DNA from: a virus
IMG/VR virus record: IMGVR_UViG_3300031548_000002
Location: 1-64,000 of that record
Length of the DNA stretch: 64,000 nucleotides
Direction: 5' to 3' (one strand)
The notes beneath the pieces are model-generated. The model had not been told where the DNA came from. It searched no databases and saw nothing but the letters and a program-made list of their open reading frames with translations. How positions within the stretch are numbered: position 1 is the first letter of the stretch; each line of letters starts with the position of its first letter. Shown piece after piece: positions 18,031 to 28,050 of this stretch. A program made the position numbers and the translations under genes.

Positions 18031-18216
18031 GTGGTGTGTAAGCAGACTAACCCGGGTGGAAACGAGCGCCCGTACCCCGCCGCGACGCAGGCCGAGGTGG
18101 CCGTGCTGCGGTCGCGCGTCCACGTCCTGGAGTACAAGCTGCAGGTCGCGTTCTGGCTGATCACGGTGCTTAGCTTCGCGACGCTGATCGCAAACGTCGT
18201 CAACATCACCCAGTAG
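18031..18216 (+). CDS. small membrane protein
   Basis: C-terminal hydrophobic helix. Confidence 0.6.
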   Translation: MVCKQTNPGGNERPYPAATQAEVAVLRSRVHVLEYKLQVAFWLITVLSFATLIANVVNITQ

Positions 18217-18225
18217 GAGGATGCG

Positions 18226-18516
18226 ATGACCACGCTCAAGTTCATCGACCCCGCGGACTGCGGCTGCACCGACTGCCAGACCGGCGTCGCACTGCCGCTG
18301 CAGCACGTGACGCAGCGCACCATCGCACAACTGGTCACCGGCGAGCTGTGCGCGCGCTTCGACGCCGAGGCGACGATCAACATCACCGTGACGTTGGCGC
18401 CGTCGGTGCTCGCGCTGCTGCGGCCGGACGGCTGCCTGCGGTACGGCGTCACCAACCTGCTGGCCGAGGTCCAGCGTTGGAACGGCGAGCTCCGACTCGA
18501 CGTTCGGGAGGTCTAG
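18226..18516 (+). CDS. hypothetical protein (CGCTDC motif)
   Basis: AGGAGG RBS. Confidence 0.65.
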   Translation: MTTLKFIDPADCGCTDCQTGVALPLQHVTQRTIAQLVTGELCARFDAEATINITVTLAPSVLALLRPDGCLRYGVTNLLAEVQRWNGELRLDVREV

Positions 18517-18519
18517 GCC

Positions 18520-18951
18520 GTGGGGTACCAGATCGCGAACGCGGCCATTCCCGGCCTGATCGGCTTCACCGTTCTGTCGCTCGTTCTCGTGGACTCCCCG
18601 CTCACGCCGGGGAACGTGCGCCGCTTTGGGCTGCTGTACCGCGGCCTGAAGACCGCGGGTGGTCCCGGCAACGACCGCCTGCGCCGGGTGATCAAGCTCG
18701 TCTGGGGTCTCACGGCGGCCGCGTACGCGCTGATCGCCCTGTGCTTCATGATCGTACTTCCGCACCAGGACGCGGTCTTCACCCGGGTGTGCAACGTCGG
18801 CGTCACGCTCTTCGAGCTGCTGTCGGCGTACCGGAGCTACCGGCACTGGGAGCGCGAGGATGATGACGACCCGGGCGCCGGCCGCACGGTGAAGCGGGCG
18901 CTGGACAAGCTGAGGCCGCGGGCGCTCAAGCCCGCGACTCAGCGGGTTTGA
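18520..18951 (+). CDS. membrane protein
   Basis: 2-3 hydrophobic segments; GGAGG RBS. Confidence 0.6.
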   Translation: MGYQIANAAIPGLIGFTVLSLVLVDSPLTPGNVRRFGLLYRGLKTAGGPGNDRLRRVIKLVWGLTAAAYALIALCFMIVLPHQDAVFTRVCNVGVTLFELLSAYRSYRHWEREDDDDPGAGRTVKRALDKLRPRALKPATQRV

Positions 18952-19029
18952 CGACGCAGCCCGTCGCTGGTAAGATCAAGTTACCAGCGGCGGGCTTCGG
19001 CGCGTCTTGCACTGAGAAGGGAACACGAC

Positions 19030-20019
19030 ATGACGTACGATGCGGTCGTGTTGGGCGCCGGAGGCTTCATTGGCGGGCACCTGGTGAACCGCCTGGCGTA
19101 CGAGGGCCGTGAGGTCCTCGGCGTCGACAAGAAGCCGGCCAACCAGTGGTACCAGCGTTCTGACCTGGACAACGTCGAGTTCGCGCGCCTGGACGTCTCA
19201 CTGCGCGATGAGGCGAACTGGGCGCTGGAGAACCTGCGCCCGGGCGGCGAGGTGTACGACCTCGCGGCGGACATGGGCGGCATCGGGTTCATCGAGGGCA
19301 ACAAGCTGGACTGCATGCTCTCGGTGCTGACCGGCACGCACGCGCTGCTCGCCGCGGAGCGGTACCAGCCGGGAAGGTTCTTCTTCTCGTCCACCGCGTG
19401 CGTCTACTCCGCGGTGCACCAGGACCGGCCGGACGTCACCGCACTCCACGAGAACCACGCGTACCCCGCGCTACCCGAGGACGGGTACGGCTGGGAGAAG
19501 CTCTTCACGGAGCGCATGTGCCGTCACTTCCGCGAGGACCGCGGACTCGAGACGCGGGTCGCCCGCTACCACAACATCTACGGGCCGTACGGGACCTTCG
19601 ACGGCGGTCGGGAGAAGGCGCCCGCGGCGGCCTGTCGGAAGGTCGCGATCGCCGCCCTGACGGGAGATACGCGGATCGAGGTCTGGGGCGACGGCGAGCA
19701 GACGCGGTCGTTCACGTACGTCGATGACTGCATCGAGGGCACGCTGCGGATCACGCGCTCCGAGTGGCACGAGCCGCTGAACCTCGGCTCGTCGGAGCTC
19801 GTGTCGATCAACCAGCTGTTCGCGCTGGTCGCCGAGGCGGCGGGCATTCAGGTCGAGCTCGTGCACATTCCCGGGCCGCAGGGAGTCCGCGGCCGCAACT
19901 CCGACAACACGCTCATCCGCGACGTCCTCGGCTGGGAGCCGTCCACGCGCCTCGCCGACGGCATCGCGCGGACGTACGCGTGGGTGTACGACCAGGTGAG
20001 GGAGCAGTACGGTGCTTAA
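19030..20019 (+). CDS. NAD-dependent nucleotide-sugar epimerase, GDP-mannose 3,5-epimerase-like
   Basis: GAGGFIG, LAADMGGIGFI, YGWEK (YxxxK), GGREKAPAA, GVRGRNSDN. Confidence 0.88.
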   Translation: MTYDAVVLGAGGFIGGHLVNRLAYEGREVLGVDKKPANQWYQRSDLDNVEFARLDVSLRDEANWALENLRPGGEVYDLAADMGGIGFIEGNKLDCMLSVLTGTHALLAAERYQPGRFFFSSTACVYSAVHQDRPDVTALHENHAYPALPEDGYGWEKLFTERMCRHFREDRGLETRVARYHNIYGPYGTFDGGREKAPAAACRKVAIAALTGDTRIEVWGDGEQTRSFTYVDDCIEGTLRITRSEWHEPLNLGSSELVSINQLFALVAEAAGIQVELVHIPGPQGVRGRNSDNTLIRDVLGWEPSTRLADGIARTYAWVYDQVREQYGA

Positions 20020-20212
20020 CCGCAGGGTGACGCTGGTCACCGGTGTGTCGGCGCAGGCGGCGGACTCCGTGTTCGTGCGCGCCCGGCGCATCGCGGGTCA
20101 GCTGCCCGGCCACGTGAACGTGGAGGCGCGGCGGTCGGGTAAGACGTGGAACGTCACGGTGTCGGGCGCACGGCGCGACGTGGCCGTGTTCATGACGTAC
20201 TGGAACGACTAG
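20012..20212 (+). CDS. small protein, VSG-x3-DV-W family
   Basis: WNVTVSGARRDVAVFMTYW. Confidence 0.6.
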   Translation: MLNRRVTLVTGVSAQAADSVFVRARRIAGQLPGHVNVEARRSGKTWNVTVSGARRDVAVFMTYWND

Positions 20213-20217
20213 CGGCG

Positions 20218-20272
20218 TTGACGGCTTACGTCTTGTGTGATATAATTGCAACAGGTAAGATGACACGACTCG
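20218..20272 (+). promoter_or_regulatory. promoter TTGACG-N17-TATAAT with GACACGA leader
   Basis: near-perfect sigma70 consensus. Confidence 0.8.
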
Positions 20273-20286
20273 ATCAGGGAGATGCC

Positions 20287-20490
20287 GTGGGATCCAACAC
20301 ATTCAAGCTCGGCACGTACGGCACCGAGGCGGAGGCCAAGCGCTGCGTGAGCAGCGCGCGGGTCATGGCCGCGCAGCTGCGCCCGCGCTCGTACTCGTTC
20401 GACATCAGCCGCGGCTCGCGCGGCTGGGTCGTGTGCGTGAGCGGCTCGCGGCCGGACGTCATCGTCTTCCAGAACGCGTGGAGTAAGTGA
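20287..20490 (+). CDS. small protein, VSG-x3-DV-W family
   Basis: WVVCVSGSRPDVIVFQNAW. Confidence 0.6.
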   Translation: MGSNTFKLGTYGTEAEAKRCVSSARVMAAQLRPRSYSFDISRGSRGWVVCVSGSRPDVIVFQNAWSK

Positions 20491-20491
20491 C

Positions 20492-20701
20492 GTGGCCGTC
20501 CAGAACTCACTGCCGTGCCGTAGGTCGGGCTGCTCGAGTCCGGCGACGCGGCACGTGCAGTACAAGCAGGGCAAGTCGTACGTGAAGAGTCACTTCTGCG
20601 ACCGGCACGTCACCATCGAGGTGGCGCGCTTTGAGCGGACGCTCGGCCTCACGGCGTCGTCGTGGCCACTCGGCGACGACTGCCGGCGCGGCCGCTGCTG
20701 A
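20492..20701 (+). CDS. small Cys-rich protein
   Basis: CRRSGC...FCDRH. Confidence 0.55.
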   Translation: MAVQNSLPCRRSGCSSPATRHVQYKQGKSYVKSHFCDRHVTIEVARFERTLGLTASSWPLGDDCRRGRC

Positions 20702-20720
20702 GGCGCACGTGGGGCGACCG

Positions 20721-20776
20721 TTGCCAGGTCGCCCCACGTGTGATATAGTAGAATCACGAACACGACACGATAGGAG
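20721..20776 (+). promoter_or_regulatory. promoter TTGCCA-N17-TATAGT with ACACGACACGA leader
   Basis: -35 lies in the loop of inverted repeat 20706-20740. Confidence 0.75.
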
Positions 20777-20782
20777 ACCACC

Positions 20783-21058
20783 GTGAGCTACCCGCGAGTA
20801 CCTATCCAGACCGAGCACGATGCGGTGGGCGTCGCACTGGCCGAGTATGAGCGCGCCCTGGAGCACTACGCCGACATCAGCCAGAGCGGCGCGGCCGACG
20901 ATGAGCTGCAGGCCGCGTACGCTGAGTGCGACGACCTCTGCGAGCTGCTCGCCGCGGCGCGCGAGGCGCACGGAGCGGCCACGAGGCGCCTCGTCGTCGA
21001 ACCGGTCAAGCCGGCTCCGGGGACCGAGTGGCTGCGCGACGTCACACTGGAGTGGTGA
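20783..21058 (+). CDS. hypothetical protein
   Basis: AGGAG RBS. Confidence 0.7.
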   Translation: MSYPRVPIQTEHDAVGVALAEYERALEHYADISQSGAADDELQAAYAECDDLCELLAAAREAHGAATRRLVVEPVKPAPGTEWLRDVTLEW

Positions 21059-21188
21059 CCTAAGCCACCCGCCGCCACCCGCCGCCAACCGCGGCGGGTG
21101 GTTGCACGACCTAAGATCAGGTGGTAGGATAATTTCATAATCACGCATCTGCACGACGACCGACACGACCAGTGACGTAGGAGGACTG

Positions 21189-21554
21189 ATGAGTGAGCAC
21201 GACACCGCGGGCGCGCCCGAGCCGGACGGACCCGATGCACTGGTGGTGCAGCTCGAGCGCGCCGTGAAGACGTCGTACGACAACGGCTACTCGGACGGTC
21301 GTGCGGATGAGCGGAGCCGGTGTCCGGCGACGTCGCACGAGCGGCGCAAGTACCCGTCGTACCCGCCGATGTCACTCATCATCGTGATGTTCACGCTGAT
21401 GTGGGCGCCAGTTGGGCCGGCGGTGCGGATCATCATGTGCTTCGTCGGCGCCTGGTCACTCCTGGGACTGACCACCGACGCGCTCTTCTGGTGGCACGTG
21501 CGAAGCCAGGCGCGCGCCAAGTCGGCGGGTGACTCCGACGACGCGCGCGAGTAG
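21189..21554 (+). CDS. membrane protein
   Basis: AGGAGG RBS, 2 TM segments; promoter TTGCAC...TAGGAT upstream. Confidence 0.65.
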   Translation: MSEHDTAGAPEPDGPDALVVQLERAVKTSYDNGYSDGRADERSRCPATSHERRKYPSYPPMSLIIVMFTLMWAPVGPAVRIIMCFVGAWSLLGLTTDALFWWHVRSQARAKSAGDSDDARE

Positions 21555-21586
21555 CGCGCGTCACAACTACGAGAAGAGGATCAACG

Positions 21587-22255
21587 ATGGGCACACGTGG
21601 CTTCATCACGTTCGTCGCGCCCGACCTGCGGGAGCCGAAGGGCGAGGTCGAGAAGACGACGTACCAGCAGTTCGACTCGTACCCGGAGGGCGTGGGACTT
21701 CGCGTTCTGGAGTTCCTTCGCGACGAGGTCGGGCCGAGCAACCCGACCAACCGCCTGCGCCTGGGACGAGCGATCACGGACCTGCGCGTCGTGCACGACT
21801 ACCCGGAGGAGAAGCGCACGCCGGTCACGTCCAGCGACGCCAAGCGGCTGGCCGCGTACGCCAACTTCAACGTGGACGCGTACGACGAGAACAACCAGAA
21901 GCGCGACCAGCCCAGCTGGTACCAGCTGCTGCGCGAGACGCAGGGCGACCCGGGCGCGATCATCGCGTGCGGGTACCTGCTGGACGCGAGTGACTTTCCG
22001 CGCGACTCGCTGTTCGCCGAGTGGGGCTACGTGATCGACCTCAGCGGCGACGCCTTCGAGGTGTACGCGGGCTTCCAGGAGAAGCCGCACACCGCGGGCC
22101 GGTTCGCCGACCGCGGCCCGTGGAAGCCTGAGCACCGTATCCAGACGTACTACCCGGTGAAGCTGGTTTCTAGCTACTCGCTGGCCGCGCTGCCGACCAA
22201 CGAGCTGTTCCTCGAGAACTGCTCCGCCTACAGCCGGGCCAAGTACGGCGAGTAG
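21587..22255 (+). CDS. conserved phage hypothetical protein
   Basis: MGTRG...YQQFDSYPEGVG...EWGYVIDL. Confidence 0.75.
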   Translation: MGTRGFITFVAPDLREPKGEVEKTTYQQFDSYPEGVGLRVLEFLRDEVGPSNPTNRLRLGRAITDLRVVHDYPEEKRTPVTSSDAKRLAAYANFNVDAYDENNQKRDQPSWYQLLRETQGDPGAIIACGYLLDASDFPRDSLFAEWGYVIDLSGDAFEVYAGFQEKPHTAGRFADRGPWKPEHRIQTYYPVKLVSSYSLAALPTNELFLENCSAYSRAKYGE

Positions 22256-22310
22256 CCGTCGCACACCGGTGCACCAACCGTACAGCACATCCGCTACGAG
22301 AGGACACGAA

Positions 22311-22481
22311 GTGACCACCAAGACCGAGGTCCGTGGGACCACCACCGCGAAGACCGTTCGCCGGCCCGTGCGGCGCACCCAACTGGGACGCGCCGTCCGC
22401 ACCACCGCGCTCGTGCTCGCCCTGGTCGACACGGCCATCGGCGTCTACGAGCACTTCACCGCCGAGGACCGGCGCGCCTGA
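22311..22481 (+). CDS. small membrane protein
   Basis: GAGGACACGA leader. Confidence 0.5.
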   Translation: MTTKTEVRGTTTAKTVRRPVRRTQLGRAVRTTALVLALVDTAIGVYEHFTAEDRRA

Positions 22482-22552
22482 GGACCGCGAGGCCGGCGGC
22501 AGCGCCGCCGGCCTCCGCCCCGAACCGTACGCAACGACCGTGAGGGAGCCAC

Positions 22553-22819
22553 GTGGCCACCGTGAAGTATCGAGTGTACCTGACGTCCGAGGCCAGCACA
22601 TGCCTGGACTTCGAGCTTGCGGCCGACCGCATCCTCGACCCGGAGGACCCGGACGACTTCAGCGTCATCGAGGACGCCTTCTGGGAGTCCAACGCGAGCA
22701 CGCCGACGCTCTGCCACCAGTGCGCCGGCGGCACTCGCCACTACGGCCAGAACCTGGACCTCGGCGACGAGTGGGAGATCGTCGAGATCACAACGGACGA
22801 GGCGGTCGACGGTGACTGA
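22553..22819 (+). CDS. hypothetical protein (LCHQC)
   Basis: GGGAG RBS. Confidence 0.65.
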   Translation: MATVKYRVYLTSEASTCLDFELAADRILDPEDPDDFSVIEDAFWESNASTPTLCHQCAGGTRHYGQNLDLGDEWEIVEITTDEAVDGD

Positions 22820-23342
22820 CGTCGGCAAGTGGGACCTCTTCTCGACACCGCTGCAGGGCCTCGTCCAGACGCACGGGCCCGACCGGTGCGTCGGCGTGCA
22901 CTGCTGCGTGCATAACCCGTCGGACCACCACATGCGCGACTGGCCACTGGTGTTCCGGTTCGAGCGGTACGGCGTGGGCATGCGCGTCTGCCTGCACGGC
23001 TACGCGCACCCCGACCCGGACGGCGTCGTCTACATGCTGGAGGCGGTGAAGCAGATCGACGTCGACCCGAAGACCATCACGCCGTGGCTGTTCACGCACG
23101 AGTGCGACATGTGCTGTCACGCGGACGCTCCCGCGGCGGGTCCCGCTGTGCTCGTTCCGAGGCAGATGCCCCTGGCGGACAAGGAGGCCGAGCACGCCGA
23201 GCGGTGTCCCATCGAGAACGGCTTCACGATCTGCTACTGCACGTGCAACGACTGCCGCGACGCGGACGGCCGATGCTCGTGTGAGTTCTGCGGCGGCTGG
23301 CACGGTGAGACGCAAGACGTTGGACACGACAAGATGGGATGA
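22812..23342 (+). CDS. His/Cys-rich hypothetical protein
   Basis: HNPSDHHMRDWP...HGYAHPDPD; Cys-rich tail. Confidence 0.65.
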   Translation: MTDVGKWDLFSTPLQGLVQTHGPDRCVGVHCCVHNPSDHHMRDWPLVFRFERYGVGMRVCLHGYAHPDPDGVVYMLEAVKQIDVDPKTITPWLFTHECDMCCHADAPAAGPAVLVPRQMPLADKEAEHAERCPIENGFTICYCTCNDCRDADGRCSCEFCGGWHGETQDVGHDKMG

Positions 23343-23883
23343 GCGCATGCACGTGGAGTCGGCGCTGGACGCGCTGGGCACCATCAAGATTGATAAGATC
23401 AGCGAGGAGATCGCCGAGCTGCGCGCGATCGCCACGTGGGCGCGTGTGAAGGCGGGCATCGACTACGAGGTGGGCGATCGCGTCGTCATCGTGAGCCACG
23501 AGCCGTTCGGTCGCGCGTCAGCCGAGCGCAACCGGGACGGCTCGCACAACGGCTGGTACCGCTACCGTGAGTCGCTGGCGGTGGGGCAGACGGGCATCGT
23601 CCAGCGGGTCTACTTCAGCGAGCACCGAAGCGAGTGGGTCACCGTCGTCGGCCTCGACCGCGCGTGGTCCGTCGACGAGACGCGCAACTGGCAAGACAAC
23701 ACCGTCACGGTGGAGCGCCGCTGGAAGGGTCCCGTGGCCGAGCTTCCGGCGGGCTACGTGCTGCCGAGCCGGTGGACCGTGGACCGGTACCCGGACGGCC
23801 AGATGCAGGTCTTCTACATGGACTCGCACTGGGTGCGCAAGGACGTGCCCGGGGTGGCGGACTTCGTGGGGTGCGACCGTTAG
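23281..23883 (+). CDS. hypothetical protein
   Basis: about 200 aa ORF, start uncertain. Confidence 0.6.
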   Translation: MSSAAAGTVRRKTLDTTRWDERMHVESALDALGTIKIDKISEEIAELRAIATWARVKAGIDYEVGDRVVIVSHEPFGRASAERNRDGSHNGWYRYRESLAVGQTGIVQRVYFSEHRSEWVTVVGLDRAWSVDETRNWQDNTVTVERRWKGPVAELPAGYVLPSRWTVDRYPDGQMQVFYMDSHWVRKDVPGVADFVGCDR

Positions 23884-24089
23884 TGGCGCACACGCACGAG
23901 CTGTGCACGCGACCGTCGACTCCGGGAGCCGTCTGCACCGACGGCGTTCTCACCGGCTACTGCGACTACGAGGACTGTCACAACGAGTACTGCTCCGATT
24001 ACGGGCACTGCGCGTGCCTGTGCCACTCGGGTAGGACCTGCGACTGCGGTCACGTCTGGCCGCGAACGGAGAGGAGCTCACGCACGTGA
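23883..24089 (+). CDS. small Cys-rich protein
   Basis: YCDYEDCHNEYC...CACLCH. Confidence 0.55.
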   Translation: MAHTHELCTRPSTPGAVCTDGVLTGYCDYEDCHNEYCSDYGHCACLCHSGRTCDCGHVWPRTERSSRT

Positions 24090-24318
24090 ACAGCTACCGT
24101 CACGCAGAGTCCAGTGCGAAGAAGTGGGGCGGGGAGTTCACCGGCCCGGACCGGACCGCGCTCGCTACGACCGCTGCCTCGCACTGGCCAACGTGATCGA
24201 CGGCGGCGCGTTCGACGACATACTCCTCGACAACTTCGGCGACCACGCGCTGATCGTGTTCGTGCGCGACGACGACGGTCGCGTCACCGCGCACGTCGAA
24301 GAGTACTCCCACGACTAG
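24086..24318 (+). pseudogene. probable deletion scar joining two gene fragments
   Basis: RBS then MNSYRHAESSAKKWGG in one frame; RYDRCLAL...FGDHA...EEYSHD in another. Confidence 0.45.
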
Positions 24319-24427
24319 GCTAGACTAGTCACGTGCGCGGCGGCGCATACGGTGAGCCACCCGCGGTCTGAGGGGACTGAGTGCGGGTGGCTCACTTATG
24401 CATACTAAAGAATCTTCACGCATGCGG

Positions 24428-24495
24428 TTGACAGACCGCATCACGTGTGATAAGTTGGTAGTAGTTCGAAACAACGACACGACGAAGACGAAGGA
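24428..24495 (+). promoter_or_regulatory. promoter TTGACA-N17-TAAGTT with GACACGA leader
   Basis: consensus match, after terminator hairpin 24352-24395. Confidence 0.7.
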
Positions 24496-24504
24496 CTGAT
24501 CTCC

Positions 24505-24825
24505 ATGCTGAAGATCTTTAAGTCGGCCTCACAGACCCGCAACGAGCGCTTCGCCGCCGACGCCCTGGCTCGTCAGCTCGCCTTCACTCGCGAGGAGCTC
24601 CCGACCGGCGCGCCCGACGAGCTCGTCTCCGTCGTCGCTGACGTGCACGCCTACGCGCGCTTCGGCGGTCGCAAGCTGGACCTGGACGGCGCATCGCTGA
24701 TCAACTGCCGCGTTTTCGGCAGCACCGCCGTCGGCCACTGGACCGAGGAGCGCGGCTGCCACGTGCTCACCGTGACCGGCACCCGCGAGGACGTTCGCCT
24801 CTGGCTCAAGATCTGGGACCGCTGA
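24505..24825 (+). CDS. small protein, VSG-x3-DV-W family
   Basis: HVLTVTGTREDVRLWLKIW. Confidence 0.65.
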   Translation: MLKIFKSASQTRNERFAADALARQLAFTREELPTGAPDELVSVVADVHAYARFGGRKLDLDGASLINCRVFGSTAVGHWTEERGCHVLTVTGTREDVRLWLKIWDR

Positions 24826-24890
24826 CCACGGCGCGTACGCCGCCCGGGCGCTCTGCCCGGGCGGTGTGATGCGCGTGGTAGGATCGACGC

Positions 24891-26495
24891 ATGCGCGACG
24901 ACCGTGTGAACGCCTTTATGGACGCCGAGATCGCCTCCGCGCGCGTCCAGCGCGCCCGATCGCTCAACCCCCTGGCGGTCAGGTCGCTGGCCGTCGCGGG
25001 AGCCACTCAGCCGCATTTGACGGCGGCGGCCGATGTGATCAACCCGCCGGAGCTCGCGTGGCGGTACGACCCCGTGGCGTGGTGGACCGACCGCGCCCGG
25101 ACGGAGATCTGGTCCAAGCAGCGGGAGATCATCGAGGCGCTCGTCGTGCACCGCAAGGTGGCGGTGCACTCCAGCCACGGGCCGGGCAAGTCGTTCACCG
25201 CCGCGCGGGCGACCGGCTGGTGGCTGGACGTCCACCCACCGGGCGAGGCGTTCGCCGTCACGACGGCACCCACCGACGCGCAGGTGAAGGCGATCCTCTG
25301 GCGCGAGATCAACAAGATGCACGCCAGCGTCGGACTGCGCGGCCGCACGAACCTCTCCGAGTGGTACATCGGCAACGAGCTGGTCGCGCTGGGCCGCAAG
25401 CCCAGCGACCACTCGCCCACGGCGTTCCAGGGCATTCACGCGCGCTTCGTGCTGGTCGTGCTGGACGAGGCGTGTGGCATTCCCAAGGACCTGTGGGACA
25501 GCGCCTCCACGCTGGCCACCAACGTGAACGGCCGCATGCTCGCGATCGGCAACCCCGATGACCCGCACTCCGAGTTCGCGAAGATCTGTCAGCCGGGCAG
25601 CGGCTGGCACGTGATCCACATCTCGACGCTGGACACTCCGAACTTCACCGGTGAGCCGGTGTCGCGGGCGCTGGCCGAGATGATGCCCAGCCGCGAGTGG
25701 TATGAGGACCGCAAGCTGGCGTGGGGCGAGGACTCTGCGATCTTCGTCAGCAAGGTGCTCGGGCAGTTCCCGACGGAGGGTGACCCGTTCACGACGGTGC
25801 CGTTCGCGTGGGCGACACGCTGCCGCTACAACGAGCTCGTGCCCGATGACGGCGATGTGCAGGCGGGCATCGACGTCGGCGGTGGCGGCGACCGCACGGT
25901 GATCTTCGAGCGGCGCGGTCCGGTCGCCGGCCGCGTCGAGACGTTCCGCGACACGGACCCGATGCGGACGGTGCACCGCCTCACTGAGAAGATCAACGAG
26001 TGGGGCGTCACACGCGCCAAGGTGGACAGCAACGGCATCGGCTGGGCGCTGGCCGGTCGACTGCGCGAGCTGTCCAGTCGTCACAACCCGGCGGGCGTCA
26101 AGACCGGCACCACGACGCACGCGGCCGAGGTGATCCCGGTGAACTCGGCGACGTCACCCGCGCAGCGTCTCGCGCGCCAGCGGCTGAACAAGCGCGCCGA
26201 GCTGTGGTGGGACGTCGGCCGCGAGAACTCGCGGCTGGGACTGTGGGACCTCTCGCGTGTGTCGGATGACGTCATCGCCGAGCTCTGCCAGCCGCGCTAC
26301 GAGATCTTGGACTCGAACGGCAAGATTAAGATCGAGCGCAAGGATGAGATCATCAAGCGGCTTAAGCGGTCGCCCGACCTGGCGGACGCGCTCCTGCTGG
26401 CGTTCTACGACGTTAAGACGGAAGTGAAGACCAGCTCGGAGGGCCTGCAGCAGCTCGCCAGCCGCAACCTGCTGAGCGGTCTCAAGCCCGTGTAG
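24891..26495 (+). CDS. terL: terminase large subunit
   Basis: WSKQREI, Walker A HGPGKS, Walker B VLDEA, IGNP, nuclease GIDVGG and SPDLADA. Confidence 0.92.
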   Translation: MRDDRVNAFMDAEIASARVQRARSLNPLAVRSLAVAGATQPHLTAAADVINPPELAWRYDPVAWWTDRARTEIWSKQREIIEALVVHRKVAVHSSHGPGKSFTAARATGWWLDVHPPGEAFAVTTAPTDAQVKAILWREINKMHASVGLRGRTNLSEWYIGNELVALGRKPSDHSPTAFQGIHARFVLVVLDEACGIPKDLWDSASTLATNVNGRMLAIGNPDDPHSEFAKICQPGSGWHVIHISTLDTPNFTGEPVSRALAEMMPSREWYEDRKLAWGEDSAIFVSKVLGQFPTEGDPFTTVPFAWATRCRYNELVPDDGDVQAGIDVGGGGDRTVIFERRGPVAGRVETFRDTDPMRTVHRLTEKINEWGVTRAKVDSNGIGWALAGRLRELSSRHNPAGVKTGTTTHAAEVIPVNSATSPAQRLARQRLNKRAELWWDVGRENSRLGLWDLSRVSDDVIAELCQPRYEILDSNGKIKIERKDEIIKRLKRSPDLADALLLAFYDVKTEVKTSSEGLQQLASRNLLSGLKPV

Positions 26496-26616
26496 CCGCA
26501 GAGTTGACTTCATACGGAGTCTGGGCTAGAGTGTTCACATCGCCTCATAAAGAGGTGGACCCCGCGACGCGCTAACGTCCGGGGCCCTGACCGAACACCC
26601 ACCGGGAGAGTGCTCG

Positions 26617-27459
26617 ATGAGTACTGATATTACCACGTTTGTGTTCCCGCAGTCCAATGCGAACGTGCGGACGCTGACCATTGATGAAGAACCGTGGTTC
26701 GTCGCCAAGGACGTCTGTGATGTTTTGGAAATCACTAACGTCTCTCAAGCACTTTCACGCTTGGACGACTCAGAGAAGGACATATACCAGATATATACCC
26801 TCATGGGTGAGCAGTCTGCGCGCATCATCAACGAGTCCGGGCTCTACTCGTTGATCATACGCAGCGACAAGCCCAAGGCTGTGGAGTTCCGCAAGTGGAT
26901 CACCGGCGAGGTGCTGCCGTCCATTCGTAAGACGGGTTCATACGCGCTCGTCGCGAGTAAGAACTCTGAGATCGCGGAGCTGCGCGATGACATGCGCGAG
27001 ATCAAGGGCATGATGCGCCAGCTGATCGACATCGTCACGCGCAACGAGCCGAAGATCGCGACACACGATCTTCTGGTGGCCAGTGACTTGCTTCTCACGA
27101 TGCGTGAAACGGGCGCGATCTTGGGATTCCGCGATGTGCGTGCGTTCACCGCGCTGCTGCGTGAGTATGGCGTGCTGATCAAGCGTAAGTACTCTGTCAC
27201 GTACTCAGGCACGACGTACCAGCGCTTTCGGAACACACCAACGGCAAAGTGGCGCCACCTCATCGATGTGAAGTCGCAGTTCAGCGGTGAGAACGTCGTC
27301 ACAGTGCCGTACGCGAAGCCACAGGCGGTCGCAGCACTGCACATGGAACTGATGCGTCGCGGACACGACGTTCCACCACTACCCACGGTGGATGAGCAGC
27401 GCGAGATCGTGGAGATGCTACGTGCACGTAACGAGATCGAGAGTGTTCACGACAACTGA
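26617..27459 (+). CDS. BRO-N phage antirepressor
   Basis: EPWFVAKDVCDVL...INESGLYSLIIRSDKPKAVEFRKWITGEVLPSIRKTGSY. Confidence 0.9.
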   Translation: MSTDITTFVFPQSNANVRTLTIDEEPWFVAKDVCDVLEITNVSQALSRLDDSEKDIYQIYTLMGEQSARIINESGLYSLIIRSDKPKAVEFRKWITGEVLPSIRKTGSYALVASKNSEIAELRDDMREIKGMMRQLIDIVTRNEPKIATHDLLVASDLLLTMRETGAILGFRDVRAFTALLREYGVLIKRKYSVTYSGTTYQRFRNTPTAKWRHLIDVKSQFSGENVVTVPYAKPQAVAALHMELMRRGHDVPPLPTVDEQREIVEMLRARNEIESVHDN

Positions 27460-27519
27460 TGCCGAGCACGCACGATGCCCGCCGGTCGATTGCCGACCGG
27501 CGGGCTGTGTAAGAATGCA

Positions 27520-27705
27520 TCAGGTGGTGGGGCCGAAGACGCGCGCGACCTGCATCTTGGAGGCGGCGATGTTCAGCGCCCGCATCGTGTGCTCGGCGAC
27601 CGGCTCACCCTCGACGTTGTACGCGGCATCCAGCGCGACGGCGACGGCGTCCTCGGCGGCCTTGATGAGAGCGGCGAGCTCGGCGGGAGTGCAGGTCTTC
27701 GTCAT
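27520..27705 (-). CDS. hypothetical protein
   Basis: AAGGA RBS; own TTGACG promoter at about 27780. Confidence 0.6.
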   Translation of the reverse strand: MTKTCTPAELAALIKAAEDAVAVALDAAYNVEGEPVAEHTMRALNIAASKMQVARVFGPTT

Positions 27706-27867
27706 CTCGATCAGTCCTTCGTCGTTTGTCGTTTCGTTCCAACAACTAGAACAATACCACACGTGAAGCGATGCGTCAATCACGCGGCGTCATAATCTTA
27801 CAAGATCTTCCTGGTACAGTAGATCCAGTGGATTGACCGACCGGCCAACCGGCCGCGACGAAGGTGA

Positions 27868-28050
27868 GTGATCACGATGAGTAGCAAGACGACGATCAAG
27901 GACAGACGCGAGACGAGGCACGGCCTACACCTGATCTTGACGGTGTGTACGTGTGGCATGTGGGCGCTGATCGGCTGGCCACTGTCGTGGCTGTGGAACA
28001 AGCTTGGGCCGCGTAAGCGGACCACCGTCAGGACGAGGAGCTACGAGTGA
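27868..28050 (+). CDS. small membrane protein
   Basis: HGLHLILTVCTCGMW. Confidence 0.65.
   Translation: MITMSSKTTIKDRRETRHGLHLILTVCTCGMWALIGWPLSWLWNKLGPRKRTTVRTRSYE

Noticed and set aside
24651-26120. Long antisense ORFs (also 5436..6533, 38863..39858, 47828..49237, 53346..55064)
   Set aside because: They are shadows of real plus-strand genes, expected in high-GC DNA, and show no motifs or RBS.
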